A DNA stretch of 64,000 nucleotides from Myxococcota bacterium (GCA_039028615.1 JBCCHT010000025.1:32001-96000); one strand, 5' to 3'; shown: positions 32,413 through 46,245, counted from the first letter of the stretch. Numbers and translations are program-made. Notes: generated by a model not told the origin, from the sequence alone.

Positions 32413-33087
32413 ATGCGCCCCTTCCAGCATCCAGCATGGCCCCACGTGCGCGCCGTGTTGATCGCGCTCCACGTCGCGTCGCTGGTAGTGCTTTCCCTGC
32501 CCACGCCGTCGACCGTGCACAACAAGGCCCGCTGGAAGACCGCCAACGCGCAGGCCGATCTCGAGCAGATGGCCAAGCGCCTGCGCGGCTGGGGCATCGA
32601 TACCGACCGTGAGCGTTTGACCCAGAGCCTGTGGGATCTCGGCGGCGCCTACCTGAAGGTCCAGCGCCCCTTGGTCGCGCCCTTCCACTGGTACTCGAAG
32701 CACAGCGGCTCACGGCAGGGCTGGCGCATGTTCGCCAGTCCCCAGCGTCACCCGGCCGAGCTGCACGTCGACATCGAGCTCGATGGCGTCTGGGTGCCGA
32801 TCTACCAGCCGCACTCCGACGAGTACGACTGGAACCGCGCCCAGTTCGAGCACAACCGCTTCCGCAAGTTCCTCGGTCGCTTCGCCCGCGGCTTCGTCCG
32901 CACCCACTACGACCACGCCACCCGCTGGATCGCCACCAAGGCCGCCCGCGAGCATCCCGAGGCCACGCGGGTGCGGATCCAGCTGTATCGCTACGCCACG
33001 CCCGGGCCCGAGCAGGTCAAGGCCGGCATCCAACCCAAGGGTCGCTACCAGCACCCGCGACGCTTCGATGCGGAGGCCCTGCGATGA
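32413..33087 (+). CDS. membrane-anchored partner of HTTM protein (SdpA/DUF5819-like)
   Basis: N-terminal TM, QGWRMFASP motif, coupled to HTTM gene. Confidence 0.7.
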   Translation: MRPFQHPAWPHVRAVLIALHVASLVVLSLPTPSTVHNKARWKTANAQADLEQMAKRLRGWGIDTDRERLTQSLWDLGGAYLKVQRPLVAPFHWYSKHSGSRQGWRMFASPQRHPAELHVDIELDGVWVPIYQPHSDEYDWNRAQFEHNRFRKFLGRFARGFVRTHYDHATRWIATKAAREHPEATRVRIQLYRYATPGPEQVKAGIQPKGRYQHPRRFDAEALR

Positions 33088-34028
33088 AGTGGCTGGCCGG
33101 GGTCTGGCGTGCCTGGGTGCAGCTGATGTCCACGCGCGAGCGCGGCACCTCGCTGGCCCGCTTCCGCATCGCGGTGGGCGTGGTCATCCTCTACTCGCTG
33201 CTGTCGATGGTCCTCGGCGACATGGTCGAGGTGATGTGGGTCGACGCCGAGTACGGCGGACTCATCCCCACCGACACCAGTCACTGGCTGGTCGCCACGC
33301 TGGGCGGACGCACGCCGACCGTGGCCTGGACGCTCGTGGGTAGCGGCCTGGCCCTCGCCACCGCGATGGTGCTGGGGCTCGGCGGGCGCATCACCGTGTT
33401 CGCAACCTTGCAGGTCTACTACGCGCTGGCCACCGCCGGGAGCACGCTGACCGGGGGCTACGACACGCTCATCACCAATGCCCTATGGCTGCTGGTGTTC
33501 GCCGACACCACGGCCACCCTGTCGCTCGACTGCCGTCTGCGCACCAAGCGGTGGCGCAGCGATCGTCTGGTGATGGCCTGGCCGCGCTACCTGGTCATCG
33601 CCCAGCTCATCGTGGTCTACGGCTGTACGGGGCTGTACAAGCTGAGCCCCGTGTGGACTCCGGGTGGGGACCTCAGTGCGCTCTACTGGGTGTTCCAGGA
33701 GCCCACGTGGCGGCGCTTCGACATGAGCTTCACCGCCGACGTGTTCTGGGCGACGCAGTTCATGACCGGGGTGACGTGGTGGTGGGAGGTCCTGGCGCCG
33801 CTGATGTTCCTCGTCTACTGGTTCCGCTACACCGCGGACCGCGGCGGGCGGCTGCGCGGGTGGGTCAACCGCTATGACCTGCGCAAGCCGTGGGCGGCGA
33901 TTGGGGTGAGCCTGCACCTGGGGATCTTGGTGCTGCTCAACGTCGGACCGTTTTCGCCGATCAGCCTCGCCTACTACTTGTGCCTCATCCCGCCGCGAGC
34001 CCCGGACGAGCCCGCGGAGCCCAGCTGA
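33084..34028 (+). CDS. HTTM domain membrane protein (SdpB / gamma-carboxylase-like)
   Basis: SLARFRI, GGYD, SLD, QLIVVY...GLYKL...W, WE, LHLGI...GPFS; many TMs. Confidence 0.85.
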   Translation: MKWLAGVWRAWVQLMSTRERGTSLARFRIAVGVVILYSLLSMVLGDMVEVMWVDAEYGGLIPTDTSHWLVATLGGRTPTVAWTLVGSGLALATAMVLGLGGRITVFATLQVYYALATAGSTLTGGYDTLITNALWLLVFADTTATLSLDCRLRTKRWRSDRLVMAWPRYLVIAQLIVVYGCTGLYKLSPVWTPGGDLSALYWVFQEPTWRRFDMSFTADVFWATQFMTGVTWWWEVLAPLMFLVYWFRYTADRGGRLRGWVNRYDLRKPWAAIGVSLHLGILVLLNVGPFSPISLAYYLCLIPPRAPDEPAEPS

Positions 34029-35117
34029 CTACTGGTGGAGCCCCATCCCGCCCATCTCTTCCATGTGCCCGTCTTGGCCGACGAGCTCCATGGGGCGGCC
34101 CATCTGGCGGGCGACCTGGACGGCGTCTTGGAGGCGCTCGAAGAGCTGGCGATGCTCGGGCAGGCCGTACAGCAGCAGCTCGGGATCGGACTTGTCGGTG
34201 CCGATGAGGGTGATGCGGCCGTTGCCCGTGAGGCGGTCGGCGAGGGTCTGGTTGTAGCGGACGTCGAGCACACGCCACAGCTCGAGACCGTCGACCTCGC
34301 GGTTGAGGATGCCGCGCTCGTACTCGACCCGCCGCGCGGTGATCTTGAAGCGGGTGGTCCGGTGGCGCAGGAACACCAGGAACAGGCCGGGCAGCGACGC
34401 CAGGCCGAGCAGCCATAGCGGCCACTTCGAGAAGAACTCGATCTGCATCAGGCCGATCCCGACCGCGACGCCGGCGATGAGCACCAAGATCCAGCGGGCG
34501 TAGGCGCCGGCATGGGCGCTGTGCTTGCCGAGACCTTCGTAGATGGTCTCGGGTTGCTGGTGACCGGTGGCTCCGGCGGGGGCGTGGGCGCGGGGGGCTT
34601 GCGGGGAATTCGGCATGGGGTCTGGACCGGTGGTGGGTGGGGCGGACGATGGATGGCCGTAGCCCGCACCAGCGTAACCCGGCGCGGGCGCAGCTGGCTG
34701 CCCCACGGGCGCACCAACTGGCTGGCCGTGCGGTGGATTCCCATACGGGGCCGCATGCGGCACGTGCATGTGTGGGGGATACGCCGGCGGAACGGCGACC
34801 GGCGGCGACGCGTGGCCATGCGCGGGAGCGGCCGGGTGACCGGGTGCGGCCGCGTGCCCCCCGGGATGCGCGGGGGCGTGACCGGGGGCGACGGCATGGC
34901 CCGCGGCATAGCCGGGCGCGGCATGAGCCGGGGCCGCATGGCCGGCAGGCGCAGCCGGTGGCGCCGCAGGTGGAGGACCGCCCGCATAGCCGGGCGGCAC
35001 CGCGGCGGGGTCGGCCCGCAGCTCCCCCGGCAGGGGAGCAGTCCCCGAGTCCTCGGGTACGAGATGCGACCAACCCGGCGGCTGCCCGGCTCCTCCACCC
35101 GATGGGCCTTGGCTCAT
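34029..35117 (-). CDS. bacterial PH-domain membrane protein with long Pro/Ala/His-rich N-terminus
   Basis: Two TMs then FKITARRVEYERGIL...RVLDVRYNQTLADRLTGNG. Confidence 0.8.
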   Translation of the reverse strand: MSQGPSGGGAGQPPGWSHLVPEDSGTAPLPGELRADPAAVPPGYAGGPPPAAPPAAPAGHAAPAHAAPGYAAGHAVAPGHAPAHPGGHAAAPGHPAAPAHGHASPPVAVPPAYPPHMHVPHAAPYGNPPHGQPVGAPVGQPAAPAPGYAGAGYGHPSSAPPTTGPDPMPNSPQAPRAHAPAGATGHQQPETIYEGLGKHSAHAGAYARWILVLIAGVAVGIGLMQIEFFSKWPLWLLGLASLPGLFLVFLRHRTTRFKITARRVEYERGILNREVDGLELWRVLDVRYNQTLADRLTGNGRITLIGTDKSDPELLLYGLPEHRQLFERLQDAVQVARQMGRPMELVGQDGHMEEMGGMGLHQ

Positions 35118-35285
35118 GCCCAGCAGTTTCTCAGACGGGCGCCATCACCGACAAGGGTGGCTGTGCCCGTGTGTGCCCCCGCCGAGCAACGACCGGGCCG
35201 GCCACCACCGATTCGGCGAGCTCCCCGACGACGCGCCCCCGCCCGATTCGGTACCGACCGATTCCTCGGTACCATCGCGTCCACC

Positions 35286-36356
35286 ATGCGTCTGGCTCAT
35301 GCCACGCTCCGCGGCATCGCTCCCTTCGGTGAGCTGGAGGTCGATTTCTGCGACGCCCACGGTGACCCGCGACCGGTCATGGTCGTGCACGGCGGCGCCG
35401 GGGTGGGCAAGACCATGCTGCTCAACGCACTAGCGTGTACGCGGCCGGGGCACATGACGATCGGCAGCAACCTGTGCGCCGCCGATGGCGAGTCTCCGCA
35501 GGTCACCTGTGCCTGGAACCTGGGCGAAGACGAGCCCTCGCGCCCGCATCCGCTGCTCGTGCACACCCCGGGCACGACGCCCGCCTCCGAGGACGCCGCC
35601 ATGCTCCGCCGCGAGCAGTCGCTCTTCGATCGGCGCGCCCGCGAGCAGGGCGGCTTCGTGTTCCTGCTCTTCCCCGCCAACCGCTGGTTCTCGCGGCAGG
35701 CCGTCTCCATGCACGCGCCCCTGCGCAACGTGATGCGGTACGACGTGCGGAGCACGACCTCCCTCGAGCAGAGCAGCCACGCCGACCTCACCCGCGAGAC
35801 CAAGCAAGCCCTGGCCTACGCCGCCATCAGCTCCGCCCTCGTGCCCCGCAGCCAGCGCGAGCGCCACGACGCAGGCGGGCGCGGCCGCATCGACACCCGC
35901 CTGCTCGGCTCGGCCATGCACGAGACAGTCGACACCATGGTCCGCCTCGGCGGGTTTGCCTACCAGGGCCTCGACCCGCTGAGCTTCGAGCCCCGCTTCT
36001 CCAGCCCCGGCGGACGGCAGCTGAGCTTCGACGCCCTGCCCACGCGCACCCGCCACCTGGTGGCCTACGCCGCCATCACCATCCGTACCCTCTTCGCCGC
36101 CTACCCCACCATTGACCCCCGCACCGCCCAGGGGGTCGTGGCGATCGACGATGCCGAGCTGCACCAGGACGCCTCCGTGCTGGCCGAGCTCATCCCCACC
36201 TTGCGGGCTGCGCTGCTCGGCGTGCAGTGGATCTTCACCACCTCGTCCCCTCAGCTCGCCGCCGCCGCAGCCCCCGGTCAGGTCGTCGCGCTGCGCAGGC
36301 TCGACGAAGACGACGAGGTGACCCTCTTTCGCGACGAGCACGCCCGCACGCACTGA
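35286..36356 (+). CDS. ABC/SMC-like P-loop ATPase with degenerate motifs
   Basis: GGAGVGKT Walker A; IDDAELH Walker B; TTSSP in place of TTHSP. Confidence 0.75.
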   Translation: MRLAHATLRGIAPFGELEVDFCDAHGDPRPVMVVHGGAGVGKTMLLNALACTRPGHMTIGSNLCAADGESPQVTCAWNLGEDEPSRPHPLLVHTPGTTPASEDAAMLRREQSLFDRRAREQGGFVFLLFPANRWFSRQAVSMHAPLRNVMRYDVRSTTSLEQSSHADLTRETKQALAYAAISSALVPRSQRERHDAGGRGRIDTRLLGSAMHETVDTMVRLGGFAYQGLDPLSFEPRFSSPGGRQLSFDALPTRTRHLVAYAAITIRTLFAAYPTIDPRTAQGVVAIDDAELHQDASVLAELIPTLRAALLGVQWIFTTSSPQLAAAAAPGQVVALRRLDEDDEVTLFRDEHARTH

Positions 36357-36377
36357 CGTGCCGCGAGCCCGACCCGC

Positions 36378-37409
36378 TCAGGGTTTGAAGCGGACGTGGA
36401 AGTGGTCGCGGTGACCCTTCCAGTGGCGGATGATGCCGTGGGCGGCACGGCGCCCGTGCGGGTACTGGAAGATGCGGTCGAGCTCGTTGGGGTCGATGCC
36501 CTGGTCGCGGACGTGCTCGTAGAGCAGGCGCTGGAGGTCGTAGTCGACGAAGATGTAGACGACGGCATCGGTGTCGAGCAGGGCCTGCAGCAGCTCCCAG
36601 GTGCGGGCTCGGTCGAGGGTCGTGGCGTTGGCGATGCCGAAGCGGGCGCGCGAGTGATGGAGCACGTAGGCGATGTCGGCGTCCCGGCCTTCGCGGTGGC
36701 TGATGTGCGGCGGGAAGGGGCCGCCGTGCTCGCGGCTGATGTCGCCGATGTGCACCTTGGGCACGGTGCGGCCTCGCGCGTAGGCGTGGATGGCATCGCG
36801 GAGCAGCGCGACGGTACGGGGCGTGGCCCAGGCGTAGGCACCCGCCTTGATCGTGTAGTGCGGACCGGGCGGGAGCTGGATGGCATCCGTCATCGAGCCG
36901 GACAGGCGCAGGTCGTCGACGAGGTCGGGATAGAAGACGTCCTGGGCCGAAAGCTCGATGGGGATCTCCGAGACGCTGAGGTACTCGACTTCACCCGCGT
37001 GGCTCAGCTCGATGACGCCGTCTTCGATGCCCAGCAGCTTCACGCCCTCCCGCAGGTCGTCGCCGGGTCGAAAGTTGGCGATGACCCCGGTGTCGTCGTC
37101 ACGAATCGTGGCGCGAGATTGCGAGGCGTCCGCGGCTTCCATCGTGGCCAGCAGCGCGAGCGGCAAGGTGGTCGGTGGCCAGGGTCGACGGCGCACGACT
37201 TCAGTCGGCTCGGCGGGGCTCGGAGGGCTCGCCTCGGGCTCGGGTACAGGCGGGCTCGCGATGGCCTCGGGCGTAGGCTGGGCGTCCTGCTCCACCGAGG
37301 GGTCCGCCGTCGGTGGCTCGGGCTCGGGATCGCACGCCATGGCCCCCGAAAGCAGCGCGACCATCACCGCGATTCGTGTGCCCATGCGGCCGTGCTGCCC
37401 AGTGCTCAT
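36378..37409 (-). CDS. penicillin-insensitive murein endopeptidase (MepA-like) lipoprotein with GspC-like domain
   Basis: GDISREHGG...HISHREGRDADI...HRDHFHVRF; lipobox AMAC; central LLAT...ATI...GDDL...IEDGVIEL domain. Confidence 0.85.
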   Translation of the reverse strand: MSTGQHGRMGTRIAVMVALLSGAMACDPEPEPPTADPSVEQDAQPTPEAIASPPVPEPEASPPSPAEPTEVVRRRPWPPTTLPLALLATMEAADASQSRATIRDDDTGVIANFRPGDDLREGVKLLGIEDGVIELSHAGEVEYLSVSEIPIELSAQDVFYPDLVDDLRLSGSMTDAIQLPPGPHYTIKAGAYAWATPRTVALLRDAIHAYARGRTVPKVHIGDISREHGGPFPPHISHREGRDADIAYVLHHSRARFGIANATTLDRARTWELLQALLDTDAVVYIFVDYDLQRLLYEHVRDQGIDPNELDRIFQYPHGRRAAHGIIRHWKGHRDHFHVRFKP

Positions 37410-37638
37410 CGGTCTTGAGGTCGAGCAAGTCTCGTACCACGACGCTGATCCAGCACCTTCGGCGTGGTCGCCCGAGGCTGGCGGAGCACCGCGACCCTCA
37501 GCCTCCGACACGATGTCACGATCGCACGCGGCCCCCGGGCGAGACGTCATCCGGCTCGCGGGCTCGAATAGGGCCGACATGAAAAAGCGACAACCCCGCG
37601 ATTTTATGTTACGTTTGTGTTACGGAACGATGTCGCCC

Positions 37639-37914
37639 ATGAAACACCTACTCATTGAATCCGTATCGGTGGGCATCGCGATGATTGGCGTCTTGCTGCT
37701 GCATCCCATGACCGCGAGCTCAAATGTCGAGAATCATACGTCTTTGAGCGAATCCCGCGCCCAGCAGGAGTCCGCGCTCTATCTCGACAATGAGCCGCAA
37801 AGCGCGCATTTCGACCTCTCCTCGAAGCGCTGGTCTGTGACCGACGGCGAATCCACCGCATGGCTCGATGCCCGGACGGGCGAGCTGGTCGAGATCGAGT
37901 TCGGGGCGCCGTAA
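37639..37914 (+). CDS. small exported protein, PepSY-like C-terminus
   Basis: Hydrophobic N-terminus; W-x-V...LDARTGELV. Confidence 0.6.
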   Translation: MKHLLIESVSVGIAMIGVLLLHPMTASSNVENHTSLSESRAQQESALYLDNEPQSAHFDLSSKRWSVTDGESTAWLDARTGELVEIEFGAP

Positions 37915-38075
37915 CGCACTCTTCGACACCGACCGCTCCTTGGCGGCGCCCCGGACCTCAGCGTCCGGCGACGCGAGCCGACGAGGAGCCGGGGTCGGGA
38001 TCGCAACAACAACTCGGGGCGACGGCCAGTACGCAGCCCGGGCGGAAGCCCGGCGCGGGCTGGCATGCGGCCACG

Positions 38076-41366
<3,291 letters not shown>

Positions 41367-41460
41367 TCACGTGATCTCGACGCCCGACCGACCCGCTTGA
41401 AAACGGTACGGAGGACGGTCGCCGCCATGCGGCACGGGCATGTCACCGAGCCCGCCAACG

Positions 41461-43308
41461 CTACCGCTGGGCCGGGGCCACGGCACGAGCAACCAGTGCG
41501 GTCTGGCTGACGGGCACCACCTCCCCAGTGCTTCGATCGGCGAGCTGGAGGGCGTAGGCCGAGTCCTCGCTGATGTCGGCGCAGGCGTCGCGAGCCGGAC
41601 TGCATTCGAAGAACAGGGCAAACGAGGCATCCCAGGCCGGCTCGATGAACCACGAGAGGATCCAGTCACGGGCGAGAGGGCCGTCGAGTCGTTGCGGACG
41701 ACCGGGTCGCGACGCGCCGATGTCCACCGCGTGAAGGCTTCGCTCGCCCGTCTTCGGGTGCACCGCGCTGTACATCATGGTCGCGGGATCGCGCGTGGGA
41801 AAGAAGGAGAACAGAAACGGTGGCGCGGCAGCCCCCACCCGCTGGGACAGGCCCGGCTCGGCCCCCGAGAGATTGGTGCGGGCCAGCTCGTGCTCTTGCT
41901 CGTAGTACAGCCACGTCGAGGTCGGGTCGAACCATGGCCGATCGTGGTTGACCGAAGGCAGGTCGGTGAGCGGCACGGAGGGCCCGAGACCGGAGCCCGT
42001 GTACTCGGCCAGGTGCAGGACATCGGCTCCGGTCGGCATCCGCACGAGGTACAGCAGCCACCGCCCGTCTGGGGACCAGTCGAAGTGCTGGTGGAGGACC
42101 TGGCCGGGCGGGTCGGTATGAACGAGGCTCGCGGGCGATGGCGAGCCCGTCGCCAGATCCACGAAGTAGAGGTCCCCGCCGACCGCAACGCCACTCCAGT
42201 ACACGAGCGCGCTGCCGTCGGGGGCGAACGCGGGGCCCACCAGCCAGGGCCGCTCCGGGGGCACCGTGTCGATGCGGATCGGGTCAGCGGGCGTCGGTCC
42301 GGACAGATCGACGAAGTACAGCGCGTCCGGCAGCTCGGGCGAAGACCAGGGCGTCTCGAGGTAGGTCAGGGCCTGCCCTCCCGGAGCGACACGGGGCTCC
42401 ACCGCACGCCGCTGTGGATCGAGCACGGCGCTGACCCTGGCGATCGAGGCCGGATCGGGAGCGGTGAGCGAGGCGAGATAGACCTCGCCGGGCCCCTGTG
42501 CGGGGTTGGTCGCGAACGCCAACGTCTGACCATCGGGGCTGGGGTGCATGTCGTACAGGTCAAAGGGCGCGTCTTCGTCGTGGGGCACCGTCAACTCGGG
42601 CGCCTCGAGGACCCCGTCCTGATAGATCAACGTGAAGAGAGCCGCGTTGTCCGGCGGTGCGCCCTCGGCATGGTCACGAGCCCAGACGAGAAAGGTCTGC
42701 GTCTGCGGGATGTACTGCTCGATGGACAGCTGCGACGCCGCGGGCAGAGGGTCGACCCCGAAGGGCTGCGAAGCACCGGGTGTATCCGTGGAGATGTTCA
42801 CGACGAAGCACGACGTGTTGGGGTCCTCGTCGTCGCGGGTGCAGTAGGCCACCCCGTGCCCGTCGTCGACGACCTCGATCGAGTGGGTGAAGGTCGTGGG
42901 CGGCAGCGCGGGCGTCAGGGTCTGGGGTGCCGACAGCTCGCCCTCGGCATAGGTGTACAGCAGCGGCTCTCCGAGCCCACGAAACGAGGCGGTGTCGAAC
43001 ACGACAAAGCGTCCTCCACTGGGCTGCGCCCCTTCGGTGGTCTCCTCACCCTCGGACGATTCCTCGACGCCCATGGTGGTGTCGAGCGACCCCGTGCTGC
43101 CGGTCGCACCGACCTGGCCCGTCATCGATTCGGTGCCCGTGCCGAAGACCGTCGTGGACTCCTCCGCCACGCCCGTGGACTCTTCTGGGTCGATCGGGAC
43201 GATGGGGTCGCTGCAGGCCGCCCACGCCAGCGGGCTCGTGAGCGCGAGGGCCTGGAGGGTTCGTCGAACGCAGCGCCGTGACACGCCGAGCAACACTGCA
43301 TGGGCCAT
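41461..43308 (-). CDS. TolB-like/PD40 beta-propeller lipoprotein
   Basis: WAAC lipobox; repeated SPDG/APGG/APDG...LY.VDL motifs. Confidence 0.85.
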   Translation of the reverse strand: MAHAVLLGVSRRCVRRTLQALALTSPLAWAACSDPIVPIDPEESTGVAEESTTVFGTGTESMTGQVGATGSTGSLDTTMGVEESSEGEETTEGAQPSGGRFVVFDTASFRGLGEPLLYTYAEGELSAPQTLTPALPPTTFTHSIEVVDDGHGVAYCTRDDEDPNTSCFVVNISTDTPGASQPFGVDPLPAASQLSIEQYIPQTQTFLVWARDHAEGAPPDNAALFTLIYQDGVLEAPELTVPHDEDAPFDLYDMHPSPDGQTLAFATNPAQGPGEVYLASLTAPDPASIARVSAVLDPQRRAVEPRVAPGGQALTYLETPWSSPELPDALYFVDLSGPTPADPIRIDTVPPERPWLVGPAFAPDGSALVYWSGVAVGGDLYFVDLATGSPSPASLVHTDPPGQVLHQHFDWSPDGRWLLYLVRMPTGADVLHLAEYTGSGLGPSVPLTDLPSVNHDRPWFDPTSTWLYYEQEHELARTNLSGAEPGLSQRVGAAAPPFLFSFFPTRDPATMMYSAVHPKTGERSLHAVDIGASRPGRPQRLDGPLARDWILSWFIEPAWDASFALFFECSPARDACADISEDSAYALQLADRSTGEVVPVSQTALVARAVAPAQR

Positions 43309-43431
43309 GCCCAGCGAAACACCCAGTGACTCGACGCGGGCCGCACACCGTAGGTGCCATCGGTGACGCGTTCCGCGACCCACTCTGCAAAGTTTACGCA
43401 CCCACGGGTCGCCGATGGCAGGATGGGGGCG

Positions 43432-46245
43432 ATGCCGAGGCCGCAAGGCATACGCAGCGCCCGTCGGTGGCGAGCCCTCGTGATGGCCGCCCTCGTGAGC
43501 GCGTGCGGTGAGGCTCCAGAAGCGGAGGCCACTTCCCAGCCCATTGCCACCCGCGACGTAACGCCGAAACCTACGACCGCGGAACCGGTGACGATGGGGG
43601 CCGCCTTCTCCGGCTGCGAGCGGGTTCTCGTGGGCCCGGTGTGCCAGTTTCACCCCGGCAAGCTACCGCTGCGCGTATGGCTGGACCTCGACCCGCGGAT
43701 CCCCGCCTCGGTGCACATCGATGGCCGGCGGATCGACGCCCCCTCGATCCCCGTCGAGGGTGGTCAGCGCTTCGAGATCACGCCTCCCGACGACGCCCGG
43801 CACCTGGAGTTTCGCGCCACCCTCGACGAGGGACCGGGCGTGTTCCGGCTCCGGCTGGCACTGAGCACGCCGCAGAACCAGGTGCTGACCAACCTGTGGA
43901 TCCGCAGCAACGACCCCGCGAAACGGGCCGCGGTGCGCCGCGAACTCGAGACGCTGCCCGACACCCTGAATCCCGACGACCGCGCGGAGGCCCTGACGCT
44001 GCGCGCCGCCTTGGCCCGCGACGCCGAGCTCCAGAGCAACAGCTGGTACGACGAATACGACGACGCGATCGAGGCAGCGCTGAAGGTGGGGCGGCACAGC
44101 GACGCGGCCAACCTGGCGCATCAGGGGTCGTTCTTCGCCCTGCACTTCCGCAACGACGACCAGGCCAGCGAGGCGTGGCTTCGCCGGGCCGCGGAGTATG
44201 CCCGGGACGATCCCGAGCGCCGCATGGCTCAGGCGTACCACGAGGGGTTGCTCGAGCGAGCCCGCGGCAACACCCGGGCCGCCCTTCAGGCCTTCGAACG
44301 CAACGAGATCGAGACCCGCAAGCTGGGCTTGCCCGCCCGAGAAGCCAGCGTGTTGAGCGAGCAAGCCAACCTCGCCACCCGGCTGGGCGCCCACGACCGG
44401 GCGCGCGAGCTGGCGGCGAGAGCCCGGGAGCTCGAGGACGAGCTGGAGCCCGCCACTCGGGCCCAGCTGCGCAGCAACCTGGGGTGGATGATGCTCGAAG
44501 CACGCAGCCGGGGCGTCGCGACCGAAGATCCGCTGCCGCTGCTGACGGCCGCCTACGAAGAGCTCCACCCGGAGGATCCCCTGCGGCCCGACGTGCAGCT
44601 CAACCTGGGCTACGCCGCGATCTTGCGGGGCGATGCCGACGAGGGCCAACGGTGGCTCGACATGGTCGACGCGCCCTCGCTCGATCGCGTGGATGGTCTG
44701 TGGCTTCGTCTGTTCCGCGCCCGGGTCGCCCTGCTGCTCGGCAAGGCGGGCCGAGCCCAACGCGAGCTGCAAGCCCTGCTCGACGGGATTGAGCCCCACG
44801 ACGAGCTCGAGCTGCGCCTGCTGGCGCGAGTGGGCCTGGGGGAGACCCACGAGGCCCTCGGGCGAGCCGATCGGGCGCTGGCCGACTACCGAGCGGCCCA
44901 AGCCCTGCTCGACCGGCAGCTCCCGCGCATCGCCATCAACACGGGTCGCGGGCGCTTCGCGGCGGAGCGCAACGAGAGCACGCGTCGCATGGTCGATCTG
45001 CAGCTACGCCAGGGCGACACGGCGCAGGCGCTGTGCATCGCCCGACGCTCGCGAACTCGCGTGCTCCGAGTGCTCTCCCGGCAGCTCCGCCACCGCGCCG
45101 AGGCCTCGCCCGCCCACCTGAGCGCCCTGCAGCAGTATCGACGGCGCCGCAGCGAGCTCGAGTCCCGCTTCGACGAGAGCTTCACCATGGCCACGATCGC
45201 GGGTGAGCGCGAGCGCCGAGACCTGAAGGCCGCGCTCCTCGAAAACGAGCAGGCCCTCGATCGAGTCCTCGACGCGCTCGGGGCCACCGCTCCCGAGCCG
45301 GTCGCCTGCGAAGACCTACCCGCGCCCGGACCGGGACAGCTCGACCTGCACTACATGCGCCTGGACGACGGCTGGGTGGTCTTCGCTCACGACGACCGAG
45401 AACTCGCCGTGCACCGACTGGGGCCGCTGCCCCTCGACCGTGAGCCGGGGCCGATCGATTTCGATGCCGATCGCCTCGCCGCCTTGGGACAGACGCTGCT
45501 CGGTCCCCACGCGGAGGCCTTGGCCCGAGCGACGCAGGTCCGCGTCATGGCCACGGGCGCGCTGGGTCAGGTGCCCTTCCATGCGCTCCCCGTGGCGGGT
45601 GCGGGCTCGCCTCGGCTGCTCGAGCGCGTGGCGGTCGGGTACGGCCTCGACTTGCCGGGGCCACGGACCGCTGCGGCCGGGGGCTCGACGCTCGCCGTCG
45701 TCGTGGCGCCACCGAGCAACCTCGCCCATGCCCCGGCCGAAGTCGAAGCGATCGAGGCCTCGCTCGCCGCGTCGTTCAGCACGGTGCGGCGCCTGCAAGA
45801 TGGCCACGCCACCGGGCAGCAGGTCCGAGAAGTGCTGCCCCGCGCCACGCTGCTCCACTACGTCGGTCATGCCCGCGCCGAGGGCCTCGAAGGCTGGGAC
45901 AGCGCGCTGCAGCTGGCCCGCAACACCACGCTCGGCATCGGGGACATCCTCTCCACGGACCACGCCCTCCGCACGGTGGTGCTCAACGGCTGCGAGACGG
46001 GCACCGTCGATCCGCAGACCTTGGCGGGCGGCATGAGCCTGGCCCATGCCTTCGTGCTGTCGGGGGCGAGCACGGTCATCGCCACGACCCGGACCGTGGA
46101 CGACGCGGCCGCAGCGGAGCTGATGCGTGCCTTCCATGCCGAGCTGGCCACGGGCGCCACTGCGCTGCAGGCCCTTCGACAGGCCCAACGAGCCCGTCCG
46201 GCCACCGACGAGACCATGCTGCACGCACGCGCGTGGGTGCCCTGA
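43432..46245 (+). CDS. TPR-CHAT (caspase-like) protease, predicted lipoprotein
   Basis: VSAC lipobox; TPR helices; CHAT motifs VPFHAL, LHYVGHA (His), VVLNGCETG (Cys), AFVLSGA. Confidence 0.92.
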   Translation: MPRPQGIRSARRWRALVMAALVSACGEAPEAEATSQPIATRDVTPKPTTAEPVTMGAAFSGCERVLVGPVCQFHPGKLPLRVWLDLDPRIPASVHIDGRRIDAPSIPVEGGQRFEITPPDDARHLEFRATLDEGPGVFRLRLALSTPQNQVLTNLWIRSNDPAKRAAVRRELETLPDTLNPDDRAEALTLRAALARDAELQSNSWYDEYDDAIEAALKVGRHSDAANLAHQGSFFALHFRNDDQASEAWLRRAAEYARDDPERRMAQAYHEGLLERARGNTRAALQAFERNEIETRKLGLPAREASVLSEQANLATRLGAHDRARELAARARELEDELEPATRAQLRSNLGWMMLEARSRGVATEDPLPLLTAAYEELHPEDPLRPDVQLNLGYAAILRGDADEGQRWLDMVDAPSLDRVDGLWLRLFRARVALLLGKAGRAQRELQALLDGIEPHDELELRLLARVGLGETHEALGRADRALADYRAAQALLDRQLPRIAINTGRGRFAAERNESTRRMVDLQLRQGDTAQALCIARRSRTRVLRVLSRQLRHRAEASPAHLSALQQYRRRRSELESRFDESFTMATIAGERERRDLKAALLENEQALDRVLDALGATAPEPVACEDLPAPGPGQLDLHYMRLDDGWVVFAHDDRELAVHRLGPLPLDREPGPIDFDADRLAALGQTLLGPHAEALARATQVRVMATGALGQVPFHALPVAGAGSPRLLERVAVGYGLDLPGPRTAAAGGSTLAVVVAPPSNLAHAPAEVEAIEASLAASFSTVRRLQDGHATGQQVREVLPRATLLHYVGHARAEGLEGWDSALQLARNTTLGIGDILSTDHALRTVVLNGCETGTVDPQTLAGGMSLAHAFVLSGASTVIATTRTVDDAAAAELMRAFHAELATGATALQALRQAQRARPATDETMLHARAWVP

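Noticed and set aside
34560..35000. HAAP/GHA low-complexity repeats
   Set aside because: Disordered N-terminus of the PH-domain protein, no regular DNA repeat unit
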